From Promethearchaeota archaeon Loki_b32 (GTDB lineage Archaea > Asgardarchaeota > Lokiarchaeia > Sigyniarchaeales > SOKP01), in the NCBI GenBank assembly GCA_005223125.1, contig NJBH01000004.1:64001-128000 (forward strand): a stretch of DNA of 64,000 bases, read 5' to 3'. The notes below the pieces were generated by a model, which was given only the letters and a program-made list of their open reading frames with translations, was not told the origin of the DNA and searched no databases. A program made the translations under genes and the position numbers. This document shows, piece after piece, positions 29,765 through 39,491 of the stretch (position 1 is its first letter; every line of letters starts with the position of its first letter).

Positions 29765-32008
29765 TTATATTATAGGCTGAAAAATTCTTTTTTGAATTAG
29801 GTTGAGAATTGTTTCAGCATCCTTTACTTGAAATCCTTTCTTTTTCTCATGCAAGGATGACACAAAGAAATGGTCGGTATTTTTTTCTTTCATTATTTTT
29901 ATGGCTCGATTTATAATTATTTGTTCGTCCGGAGTAATTCTCTTAGCTTGAGTTATCACTTTTAATGGGTAGATTAAGGAAGTGGGGAGATGGTGATCAA
30001 GTAAACCTTTTATCTCACTGAATTGAGTAATATCTCCATCAAAATCTTTCAATAAATATCCAAATTTTTCTTCGATATCATATGATAAAGCGTTCAATGA
30101 ATCTAAAAAATCATGAGAAGGATTTTTCTCCATAATCAGAATTATTCTAATATTTTTATAATCTGACATTAAAATCTTTGAATTCTGATAATCCAATTTG
30201 ACACTTCGAGTTTGTTCATTAGCATCCGTTAATTCTATTCCAAAAACGCTCACCGCCTGTAAGAATCCAGATATTAATGAACTATTTAAACTTTTACCTG
30301 CAAAAAATTGTTCATAAACTGTTAGTCCAGAATTTTTATCAGACATAATAAAATAGTGAAGATTTAGCACATCAGCATATTTATTAAATATTTTTTGTCG
30401 ATATTCGTGTTTAATCTTTCTTTTTCTTTTTACTAAAACATAACTTGTTATGCTTGCTCCTAGAATAAGAGTTGCAAGTAAAATAACATTTAAAATAACT
30501 TCAAATTGTATTTTAAAAGGAACATTAACTGAAAATTCTTGAGTTTTAATACCTGCATCAGTACTATTATACCAAAATAAGTAAGCTTTATATATTCCCT
30601 CAATTGGATTTGCAGATAAATTACAACAAAATAAAGTTTCTTGAGAAATAACTATTTTTGTTTCCCTATATTCTTCAAAACCCAAAGCATCTATCAAGAT
30701 ATAGGTTATATTACCTTGAATATCTGGAACTATTACTGACAATTTAAGATCTTGTAATGGTCCAAATTCCGTTTTCGGGACATTTAAAGTAAAATCCACA
30801 GTGGGAGAATAAGCAGATATTAACCAAGTTTCTCCACTTGTTATTGTATTATTTGATATGAAGATAAAATTATCAGTGAGATTAAGATCTACATCAAATG
30901 TAATATCAATCCCATTTCTATATACTGTAAGATTATACCAACCTTTTGGATAGTAAAATTTTATTGAACAATTTGAATAAACTCTTGTAAATTCAGGAGT
31001 AACCGTCCATTTATTATCCAAATTTTCTCGTATCAAAGCTGAACCGTCCGAGAGAAATAAATGTTTAAGAGAAATATAATAGCTAAAATTTACTTTTAAA
31101 CTTATAGATAAATTATTTCTAAGAAATATGTTTAATTCCTCTTCCTGTGTAGAGAAATCAAGATTCTTTATAGAAAGAATCCCAGTACCTAATTTTGTTC
31201 CATCGGTTATAACATATGAATTACCATCGATTTCTACTGTCATATTAATTTCAGAGGGGAAATAAGATCGATTAACTCGTTGTACTATCTTATGGAGAAA
31301 CACATCTCCAGTCCTATTCTGCCATTCATTTAAATATTCATCATACCAGCTCATAGACAATTGTGATGTTGGATTATCATTATTAATATACCAGTAATAT
31401 CTATCATTCCAACTTATCCCAGTTCCATCAAGCACTAAACAGTACAATCCTGAAGATAAATAGACTGGAAATTGAAATTCTTGTTTATTCCATTGAGGAA
31501 TTCCTTCTGTCATATTTAATATGAAGGGAATACTATAAATTACTCCATTTGGTCTTCCTTCAATAGAATCCCATCCCTCTATTCGAACAATTACTGGTGA
31601 TGGGGAAGCGGTTTTAATCAACTTATAACCGAATATATCTACCGAATAAATAATCGTAGGTTCTGTAATATTTAGTTGCATCCCTAGAATTTCATAATAA
31701 TAACCTCTTAAAGTTTCAAATCCAGTTGCTTCTTCTTCAATTACCTTTATTTCAGAATTCATCTTAATACTAGTAAAATTAATATCTACTTCTGTTAGAG
31801 TCCAATTTGGAGATGGTAGATAAAGATTTACTGAAGTAGAATTTTCTATTACCCCATAATCTTCTGAAAATTCAATCATTTGAAAATTTGAAGTAATTAC
31901 TAGAGATTCCCCATTTTCTTGAGCATAGGAATAATTTATGCCTTGAACTATTCCAGCTACAAAAACAACTAATATAGAAAAGATAAATAAATGATTTTTA
32001 ATCTTCAA
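29765..32008 (-). CDS. Single-pass membrane protein: large extracellular region plus cytoplasmic longin-like domain
   Basis: Signal peptide, TM helix followed by KRKRK, then SGLTVYEQ...LISGFLQAVSVFG...FDGDITQF longin-like signature. Confidence 0.75.
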   Translation of the reverse strand: MKIKNHLFIFSILVVFVAGIVQGINYSYAQENGESLVITSNFQMIEFSEDYGVIENSTSVNLYLPSPNWTLTEVDINFTSIKMNSEIKVIEEEATGFETLRGYYYEILGMQLNITEPTIIYSVDIFGYKLIKTASPSPVIVRIEGWDSIEGRPNGVIYSIPFILNMTEGIPQWNKQEFQFPVYLSSGLYCLVLDGTGISWNDRYYWYINNDNPTSQLSMSWYDEYLNEWQNRTGDVFLHKIVQRVNRSYFPSEINMTVEIDGNSYVITDGTKLGTGILSIKNLDFSTQEEELNIFLRNNLSISLKVNFSYYISLKHLFLSDGSALIRENLDNKWTVTPEFTRVYSNCSIKFYYPKGWYNLTVYRNGIDITFDVDLNLTDNFIFISNNTITSGETWLISAYSPTVDFTLNVPKTEFGPLQDLKLSVIVPDIQGNITYILIDALGFEEYRETKIVISQETLFCCNLSANPIEGIYKAYLFWYNSTDAGIKTQEFSVNVPFKIQFEVILNVILLATLILGASITSYVLVKRKRKIKHEYRQKIFNKYADVLNLHYFIMSDKNSGLTVYEQFFAGKSLNSSLISGFLQAVSVFGIELTDANEQTRSVKLDYQNSKILMSDYKNIRIILIMEKNPSHDFLDSLNALSYDIEEKFGYLLKDFDGDITQFSEIKGLLDHHLPTSLIYPLKVITQAKRITPDEQIIINRAIKIMKEKNTDHFFVSSLHEKKKGFQVKDAETILNLIQKRIFQPII

Positions 32009-32197
32009 GAGTCTTATACCAAAGGATACAAATAAACATTTATATATATATTTTTGTCAATTTCTATCTTTTTGTCAAAATTCAGAATGGAATGAAACAA
32101 ATAAAATGTTATTTACTACATGAGATTTACTCACAAGATCGCAAATTAGCTAAATTCAATAAGGAAGAAAACAGAAGATTATGTAAAGTTTAATATT

Positions 32198-32791
32198 TCA
32201 ATTTATTGCGGAAATTAATTTATGATCATAATATTTTTTTAAAATCTGTCTCAAAATATCTTCAAAACATTCTATAATTCCTTCTCCTTTTAATGCACTA
32301 GTATATCTTGAATCAATATTTTTATATTTTTGAAATCTAATTTCTTTTAAGAAATCTATAGAATTGAATTTATTTTCTAAATCTTGTTTATTAAAAGCAA
32401 TAATAATCGGAAGGTTATCAATTGATTCCTTGAAGTATCCTATTAATTCATTCCAAGATATTAAATTTCTATCATATACGTCTTCATGAGAATCTATGAC
32501 GAATATTACACCATCTACAGCTCTTAAGGTGATGGGGCGTGTTACAAAATAGAAGTCTTGACCTGTTGTTGTATATATATGAATTTTTAGTTTCCATTCT
32601 TGATTTTGAAATGTAACCGTACCATAATCAAAAAATAAGGTTCGTTCGATGGTACTTTCGATACTACACACTTCTTCTTCTTTTCCAAATTCAGAAAATA
32701 GAGCCTTTATTGATGTTGTTTTCCCTGACATAGCAGGTCCAAAATAAACAATTTTAATGCTGATGGTCTTAGCTAAATGGTCAATAATCAA
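32198..32791 (-). CDS. MglA-like small GTPase
   Basis: KIVYFGPAMSGKTT, RTLFFDY, TTTGQ, NKQD, SA. Confidence 0.88.
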   Translation of the reverse strand: MIIDHLAKTISIKIVYFGPAMSGKTTSIKALFSEFGKEEEVCSIESTIERTLFFDYGTVTFQNQEWKLKIHIYTTTGQDFYFVTRPITLRAVDGVIFVIDSHEDVYDRNLISWNELIGYFKESIDNLPIIIAFNKQDLENKFNSIDFLKEIRFQKYKNIDSRYTSALKGEGIIECFEDILRQILKKYYDHKLISAIN

Positions 32792-32916
32792 TCTAAACTC
32801 AACATCTTTTTAATTGTTAATTTTAAAATAGCTTTAAAAAAACCATGTTTTTTTCTTATTCAATTCAAAACAAGGAGGAATAAGAATAGATAAGAAGAAT
32901 TCTTCTTTCGGGAAAT

Positions 32917-33294
32917 CTAAAATATAAGTTTTTCTCGATCAATTTTACAAGAGATAAGATTCCGTAATATTAAAATCTCAATTTCTCGTTGTAAAATATC
33001 ATTACTAAGATTTAATTTATGTTTCTCATTAAGAACTTGGTTTAATTCTTGAAAACTTATGGAATCACAACTACTATAAAGCTCATTGATAATTTTAAGA
33101 ATTTTTTGTTGGTTAAAGAGAGAACGAGCATTAGAATCTAACTGATATAATCTGTGTGTTAGGTTGTAGTTATAATCACTCTCAGTTTCTATTTCTTTTA
33201 ATTTTTCAATTATAGAGATTGCTTCTTTATAATTCTCTTTTTGCATTAACTCTTGAACTTGATTTAGTTGTTTAATGAAATCCTGAATATCCAT
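32917..33294 (-). CDS. Small helical protein ending in a PCI-like winged helix
   Basis: ISFQEL...IEILILRNLISCKIDREKLIF resembles the C-terminus of PCI domains. Confidence 0.5.
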   Translation of the reverse strand: MDIQDFIKQLNQVQELMQKENYKEAISIIEKLKEIETESDYNYNLTHRLYQLDSNARSLFNQQKILKIINELYSSCDSISFQELNQVLNEKHKLNLSNDILQREIEILILRNLISCKIDREKLIF

Positions 33295-33669
33295 GTAAAA
33301 TCAAATTTTAGTAATCGATATCTTCAATTTATTTATTGAAGAAATTCTTAATTTATTATTATATTTTCTATTACTTACCTTAATTAAACTCCAATGCAAA
33401 ATTTATACTTAAATGAAATGTGTCTTGAAAGAAGTCTTTGGAAAAAATTTAATAAATCGATTAAAAAATACGGTGTAGGTTTTTATCCTGAAATCTTAAC
33501 TTTAGTTTTTAGAAAAGAATGATAAAGATGAATTTTTATATCATTAGTATTAAGCGAAAACTCCTTGCTAGAAATAACTGCAATACAGAAAGATTAATAA
33601 AATATAAAGAGAATCCTTTAAAAGGTTATTCACCTTTTTCTTATTAAAGAATATAATGATTATTAACAA

Positions 33670-33906
33670 GTGAAAGTAATGGACGAAGAAAAAATAAAAC
33701 AAGTTATTGAGAAAATTAGGCCTCAGCTTCAACTTGATGGAGGCGATATTGAGTTTGTTTCGGCAGAGAATGACGGAACAGTGAAAGTAAGACTAATGGG
33801 ACATTGTGCTGGATGTATGCACGCTCAACAAACCTTAACTTATGGTGTAGAGAGAGCAATTAAACAGTTTGTTCCAGAAGTAAAGCAAGTTGTAAACGTC
33901 GCCTAA
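33670..33906 (+). CDS. NifU C-terminal/NfuA-like Fe-S scaffold
   Basis: IRPQLQLDGGDIEFV...GHCAGC. Confidence 0.92.
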   Translation: MKVMDEEKIKQVIEKIRPQLQLDGGDIEFVSAENDGTVKVRLMGHCAGCMHAQQTLTYGVERAIKQFVPEVKQVVNVA

Positions 33907-33935
33907 AATTATTCTTTTTCTTTTTAATTTCTTTT

Positions 33936-34277
33936 TTATACCTTAAGATTTAAATCATAATATAATTTGTCGATAATAGTGTTAAATGCATTTAAGACAT
34001 TTTCGCCAGTTTTTGCCGACGTTAAATAATAGCCAAGAAAATTCCGTTCGTCCACCAAGTTTTGAATTTCAGTGTGATCCAGATTAGCTTCATTAACTAA
34101 ATCAATTTTATTCGCAAATACGACAATTGGGATATCTCCGTAGAATTTTTTAGTTTCATTATGCCAATATATTATATGTCTAAAACTCCGTTCCCCAAGT
34201 TCATTCTCTTCAAGAATATATACAATAATAGCTGCGTTGCTCTCTCTATAGAATGAAGGACGTAGAAAATCAAACTC
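33936..34277 (-). pseudogene. Rab-like GTPase remnant (C-terminal half only)
   Basis: EFDFLRPSFYRESNAAIIVY...FANKIDL...YLTSAKTGENV; preceded by an in-frame TGA; no P-loop or start found upstream. Confidence 0.75.
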
Positions 34278-34640
34278 TCATTATTCTTCTAAAAAAGTAA
34301 TAGATAAATCTGAAACAAAAGAAGATGATGATATTGTTATTATCTTAGATTAATTATGTTTGAGAATTTGAGTTGTTATTATCTTCTACAATTTTATAAA
34401 AGATGATTTTGTCATTTGGAGGTTTTTTTTCTTCGATTTCTGGATCGAGATGTTCTATAACTTTTGGTTCTTGATCGTCAGATTGTGAAATATCTTCTTT
34501 TTCACTCAATAAATTTCACAATTGTATATATATATTAGGAAAATTAATTAAATATTGTAGAAATTTCATTTAGTTAATTAGAATAATCAACCTATCTAAT
34601 ATTAAATTAATTATTAATTGGTTATATTTAGGAATCTAAA

Positions 34641-35537
34641 ATGATATCTAAAATCCTTATAATAATGTTAAACGGCGTATTATGTTATGGAAAAACATTT
34701 GTTGGAGATACTGATATTGATGACGATTTAGTTAGTGGATTTCTCACAGCAATAAGTAGCATCGCAAAAAAGATTGGTGGAGGAGAAATAAGATCATTAA
34801 ACTTCAGAAATTTTAATTTCATATATACTCGGGATGATGAAAACCTATGTATGTTTATTATAGTAACTGATATTGATGACCCTGAAGAAGAAGCAAGAGA
34901 TAAATTAGAATTACTAAAAAACGAATTTATCAACCGGTTTCATGATGATTTGAAAAACTGGGATTGTGAAACCGGAAAGTTTGAGGTTTTTGATGAATTT
35001 GTTGAAAAACGTCTTTTCATCCCGCCAAAGATATTATTAGTAGGTGAAGAAGGAGTAGGTAAATCAACAATCATGGATTTATTTCCAGGAGAAACTATTT
35101 TAGAATTGGATGACGATCTGAATGAGATTATTCAAAAACCTATCACCTTATCTAATCTTAAGAGGATAAATGAGTGTATTTTAAGGGAAATGGATTTAAA
35201 AGAATTAATTGATAATTCAAAAATTTATAGATCATTATTAGATTCAGTTGATATAATTATAATTGTTACGAATTCAGGAGCAAGTAATCTAGGGAGAACA
35301 CAAAGATTATACTCCCAATTAGAAAAGAAAGTGAAAAAAGCGAATTTTTATATAATAGCAAATTTTCAAGATCTGCCAAATACATCATATGAGCCAGAAA
35401 AAGTAGAAGAAATGTTTGGAATTCAGACTTATGGATTCTGTGCAATTAAAAGAGAAGCAAAAGAAATAATCTATGAAATAATTAGTGAAATGTTAAGAAT
35501 TTCAATCGTACAGAAAATAGTAAGTAAACAAACCTAA
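34641..35537 (+). CDS. Longin-like domain plus divergent small GTPase, copy 1
   Basis: LVSGFLTAI longin-like signature; GEEGVGKST; ANFQD in place of NKxD. Confidence 0.8.
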   Translation: MISKILIIMLNGVLCYGKTFVGDTDIDDDLVSGFLTAISSIAKKIGGGEIRSLNFRNFNFIYTRDDENLCMFIIVTDIDDPEEEARDKLELLKNEFINRFHDDLKNWDCETGKFEVFDEFVEKRLFIPPKILLVGEEGVGKSTIMDLFPGETILELDDDLNEIIQKPITLSNLKRINECILREMDLKELIDNSKIYRSLLDSVDIIIIVTNSGASNLGRTQRLYSQLEKKVKKANFYIIANFQDLPNTSYEPEKVEEMFGIQTYGFCAIKREAKEIIYEIISEMLRISIVQKIVSKQT

Positions 35538-35658
35538 AGAGGAATTTGTGAAAATAGTAAAAACTATGTGCATGATATTCGAATTTATGAAATTGAAATG
35601 GCAAAAATTATTATTAGTGAATAAACCCTCACTAGTTAGGAAAGATTAGAAACCTGAA

Positions 35659-36558
35659 ATGATATCAAAAATATTTATTATTGCGAAGGATGGTGTTTTG
35701 TGCTATTCTAAATCATTTTTTGGTTCCGGACATAGAGATACTGAGATTGTAAACTTTCTCACTTCTATTAATCATGTTGGTAAAACCGTTGGGTTAGGGG
35801 AAATCAAATCATTAAACTTTTCAAATCTTAATATAATTTATTCCTATGATGATTATAATTGTATGTATATTATAACAGCTGATATCGATGATCCTGAAGA
35901 AGAGATAAGAGATAAATTAGAATTAATAAAAAAAGAATTTATCACAAGATATCATACACAATTAGAAAATTGGAATGGGAAAGCTAAGAAATTTAAGGAT
36001 TTTGACCGATTTACTGAAAGCCATGTTTTTATTCCACCGAAGATATTATTAGCAGGCGAAGATGGCGTCGGAAAATCAACTATCATGGGTTTATTTCCAG
36101 GCGAGACTATTTTGGAATTGGATGATGACATGAATGAAATCATTCAGAAAACAATAAATTCACCTAACTTCGAAGGAATTAGTGAATTCATATTACGAGA
36201 AGTTAATATTCAAGATTTAGTTGGCTATTCTAAAATCTACAAAATGCTTTTAGATTCAGCTGATATTATTTGCCTCGTTACTAATTCGGGAGCAGGCAAT
36301 TTAAGTAGAACAAAGCAATTATTTTTAGAGTTAAAACAGAAAACAATTAAGGCGGATTTTTACATAATTGCAAATTTTCAAGATTTAGTAAATACTTCAT
36401 TTGAACCTGAAAAAATAAACGAGTCATTTGAGATTAAAACTTTCGGCTTTTCTGCCATCCGAGCTGATGCAAAAGATATTATATATAAAGTAATCAGTAT
36501 AATATTGAAAAATTCAATCATAGATAAATTTGAGAACAAATACAACCATTTTATATAG
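35659..36558 (+). CDS. Longin-like domain plus divergent small GTPase, copy 2 (tandem paralog)
   Basis: GEDGVGKST, FPGETILELDDD and ANFQD shared with copy 1. Confidence 0.8.
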   Translation: MISKIFIIAKDGVLCYSKSFFGSGHRDTEIVNFLTSINHVGKTVGLGEIKSLNFSNLNIIYSYDDYNCMYIITADIDDPEEEIRDKLELIKKEFITRYHTQLENWNGKAKKFKDFDRFTESHVFIPPKILLAGEDGVGKSTIMGLFPGETILELDDDMNEIIQKTINSPNFEGISEFILREVNIQDLVGYSKIYKMLLDSADIICLVTNSGAGNLSRTKQLFLELKQKTIKADFYIIANFQDLVNTSFEPEKINESFEIKTFGFSAIRADAKDIIYKVISIILKNSIIDKFENKYNHFI

Positions 36559-36585
36559 GATTATTATAAAGAGAATTAGAGAAAA

Positions 36586-37080
36586 ATGACATTAACGGAA
36601 ATTGAAGAAGATTTTGTTTTCCCCGTATATATTTACCGAGATACTATACAAAAGATTCACCTATTAACGAAAGATTTTGAAAATGAAATTTTTGGATATC
36701 TTATTGGCAATATATTAGAATGGAAAGGACAAATATATGTTGTAATTGAGGAGATCCTTTTTATTTTAGGAGCGGTCCATAGTGATAAATTTTCGACTTC
36801 TCAAATAGAAGGTACTGCTGGAAAATACGAAAAGAGATTCCAGAGATTAAAGGAAAAAAGAGAAAATGAAAATTTAAGAATTGTAGGATGGTGGCATTCG
36901 CATCCTGGATTTGGGTGTTTTTTATCCACAACAGATTTAAAAACCCAAGAATATTTTTTCCCGGAATCATATCAAGTAGCTTTAGTAAATGATCCACATC
37001 AAGATGAGCTTAAATTTTTTACTTTAGACAAAAATTCAAAAAATGGTTATAAACCAATTAATTATGCTATTCTAACTTGA
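36586..37080 (+). CDS. JAB/MPN+ (JAMM, Rpn11-like) isopeptidase
   Basis: EIFGYLIG and VGWWHSHPGFGCFLSTTD. Confidence 0.93.
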   Translation: MTLTEIEEDFVFPVYIYRDTIQKIHLLTKDFENEIFGYLIGNILEWKGQIYVVIEEILFILGAVHSDKFSTSQIEGTAGKYEKRFQRLKEKRENENLRIVGWWHSHPGFGCFLSTTDLKTQEYFFPESYQVALVNDPHQDELKFFTLDKNSKNGYKPINYAILT

Positions 37081-37108
37081 ATTTAAAATAACTCATTAAT
37101 TCGAATAA

Positions 37109-37993
37109 ATGCAAAAAGAAGAAAAAAAGAGAGAAGATGTGAAAGTCTTTGAGATTGACTCCATAGATTCCGACATTTTCGATCGGCAAAAAAGAATTTT
37201 AGGTTGGGACCAAAAGAAAATTTCAGATGCCTCAGTTATGGTGATTGGTGTAGGAGCGACAGGTAATGAAGTTGTTAAAAACTTAATTTTAACAGGAATA
37301 GGCAAATTAATTTTAATAGACTACGATTTCATAAACATCTCAAATTTAAATCGTTGTGTGCTATTTAATAGTCAGAGCGCTCAAAATAAAGATTATAAAG
37401 TCGATGTTGTGAAAAATGCGTGTGAAGAATTAAATCCTGATACAGAAGTCATAGCGATAAAAAAGGATTTAAAAGATATTGATAAAACACTCTATGAAAA
37501 ATCTGACGTCGTTTGCTCATGTTTAGACAACGTTGAAGCTAGAATAGAAGCAAATAATTATGCTTATTATAATGGGGTCCCTTTTGTGGACTCTGGGATT
37601 GAGGAATTTTTTGGGAGTATTCAATCAGTCTATTCTGGAGAAGATGATGCCGCATGCTTACAATGTAATGTTTCTAATGCAGATTTAGATTTAATGTGGA
37701 AAAAATATTCATGCACGGGGCAAGAAATTGAAGGTGAAAATGGAGAAACTATAGCAAAAATTGCAACAATCATAACCACAACCTCAATTATTGGAGGATT
37801 ACAATCACAACAAGTATTGAAATTTCTTTTAGGGATAGATTATTTTAAAGAAAAAGGTAAATGGAATCCTCATATTGGGAGCCCTTTAATTGGCAAACAA
37901 TTGAATTATAATGGTTTATTAAATAGATTTAATATAATTGAAAAATTAAAGAATCCCGATTGTTGGACTTGCTCCTATAAAAAGAAGGACTAG
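37109..37993 (+). CDS. Ubiquitin-activating E1-like enzyme (ThiF/UBA)
   Basis: FDRQKRI, GVGATG, SNLNR, CLDN, CLQC/CWTC Zn sites, putative catalytic Cys in YSCT. Confidence 0.92.
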   Translation: MQKEEKKREDVKVFEIDSIDSDIFDRQKRILGWDQKKISDASVMVIGVGATGNEVVKNLILTGIGKLILIDYDFINISNLNRCVLFNSQSAQNKDYKVDVVKNACEELNPDTEVIAIKKDLKDIDKTLYEKSDVVCSCLDNVEARIEANNYAYYNGVPFVDSGIEEFFGSIQSVYSGEDDAACLQCNVSNADLDLMWKKYSCTGQEIEGENGETIAKIATIITTTSIIGGLQSQQVLKFLLGIDYFKEKGKWNPHIGSPLIGKQLNYNGLLNRFNIIEKLKNPDCWTCSYKKKD

Positions 37994-38098
37994 TTTAAGT
38001 TCGAAAAGAATATAATTAATTAAACAAAAAGTAATAAATAATAAGATCATCATTTTATAAGTTAATATCTAATAAATTTAAATTAAGGGTTAATAAAA

Positions 38099-38662
38099 AT
38101 GCCTGAGCTGCCTTTTGAAATATGGAAAGATAGAATTGAAAATGAACTTAAATCTATTAAGAAATTAGAAGTATTGGATGAGAAATCATTAATTAGAGCT
38201 AATAATAGTGTAGAATTCACGATAAAATTAAATGCCTTAGGAATAATAAAAAAAGGTGAGGATTATATTCCTCAAAAGTCTCATAGAATCTTTTTGAAAA
38301 TCAATAGAGCATTTCCTTATCCTGGAGGAATAGATTTTTCATGGCTAACCAATATCTTTCACCCAAATATCCATCCTGTTGGTATTTCTTTGAATTCCCC
38401 GGGCACAGGTTATATTTGTTTAAATGTTTTAAAAAAATGGTCTAGATTATCTGATTTGGAAACTACAGTTAAAGCCTTAAAACTCTTGGTTAAAAATCCT
38501 AATCCTGATGATCCACTCAATTATCCAATTTGTTTAGAAGCAGCAGAATTCTTTAGAAAAAAAACTATGGAAGATTTTGAAAAAGATTTAGATCTTAAGG
38601 AAGTTGTTGTAGAAGAGGTTGAAGAAAATGATGATGATGATATCATTATCATCGATGATTAA
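38099..38662 (+). CDS. Ubiquitin-conjugating E2-like enzyme
   Basis: FPY, IFHPNI, GYICLNVLKKWS, PNPDDPLN. Confidence 0.93.
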   Translation: MPELPFEIWKDRIENELKSIKKLEVLDEKSLIRANNSVEFTIKLNALGIIKKGEDYIPQKSHRIFLKINRAFPYPGGIDFSWLTNIFHPNIHPVGISLNSPGTGYICLNVLKKWSRLSDLETTVKALKLLVKNPNPDDPLNYPICLEAAEFFRKKTMEDFEKDLDLKEVVVEEVEENDDDDIIIIDD

Positions 38663-38681
38663 AAGTCATTTCTACTTATTT

Positions 38682-38957
38682 TTATAGATATCTGCCACCA
38701 ATAACTTTTGCCCATAGAATTAATTTATCATTCTCTTCTAAGCCAAATTTATGAATCGCATCAGCAACTGTTATTGTACTCGGTAGCTCTTGATCCTTAA
38801 GAACCAAAGAATAAGATCTTTGCTCCGCACTAATAATACCCATATGTTTAATAATTATATCGACTATCCGCTCAATTTGATGATGTGTTTTTACATCTAA
38901 TTTAATTAACTTTCCCGTTCTTGAATCTTCAACTGTTATTCTCACTTTTTTTCGCAC
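38682..38957 (-). CDS. Ubiquitin-like (beta-grasp) protein with GG motif and RYL extension
   Basis: Beta-grasp pattern; C-terminus ...AKVIGG-RYL; convergent with JAB-E1-E2. Confidence 0.85.
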   Translation of the reverse strand: MRKKVRITVEDSRTGKLIKLDVKTHHQIERIVDIIIKHMGIISAEQRSYSLVLKDQELPSTITVADAIHKFGLEENDKLILWAKVIGGRYL

Positions 38958-39491
38958 CTTTCATTTTATTATATAATTTAAATATTGTTTAAGTTATTTT
39001 ATAATCTTTTTCATTTAATTATTGATTCCATACTTTTTATCTTAATTAGAGGTTTTAAGTAGAATTTTCTATATTTCTATTTCTAACTATTAAATAAACT
39101 ATAAATCCAAAGAAAAAGGGGATTATCCAGACAATTAGATAACTTCTCCGTGAAAATTAAAGATTAATTTAAATATTAACAAGTCTTATCAAATCAACGA
39201 GTGTTAACTCTTATGTATCGATCTAAAGATGACGAATAAGAGTATCCTTCCACTTTTTATACTCATTGTCTCTGGTTTACATTGTTATGAGATTTTACAA
39301 TTATGTAGCAATTTATTAATTAAATGTATTTACATGATCCAATAAGAATTTAACCTAATTTAACAATCATTATAATACTTCCTTTTTTCATTTTTCTGTT
39401 TGTTCTTTCGTGCTAAACATTTTTACGAAAGTTAATTATCTGTCAATAATTTCTTAGTTTATAACTTAAAACACTAATTATTGAATACGTC

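Noticed and set aside
34278-34280. TGA before the Rab-like fragment as Sec or an intron boundary
   Set aside because: Not at a Cys position, no BHB seen, and the upstream sequence lacks the G1-G3 motifs; a deletion pseudogene is simpler.
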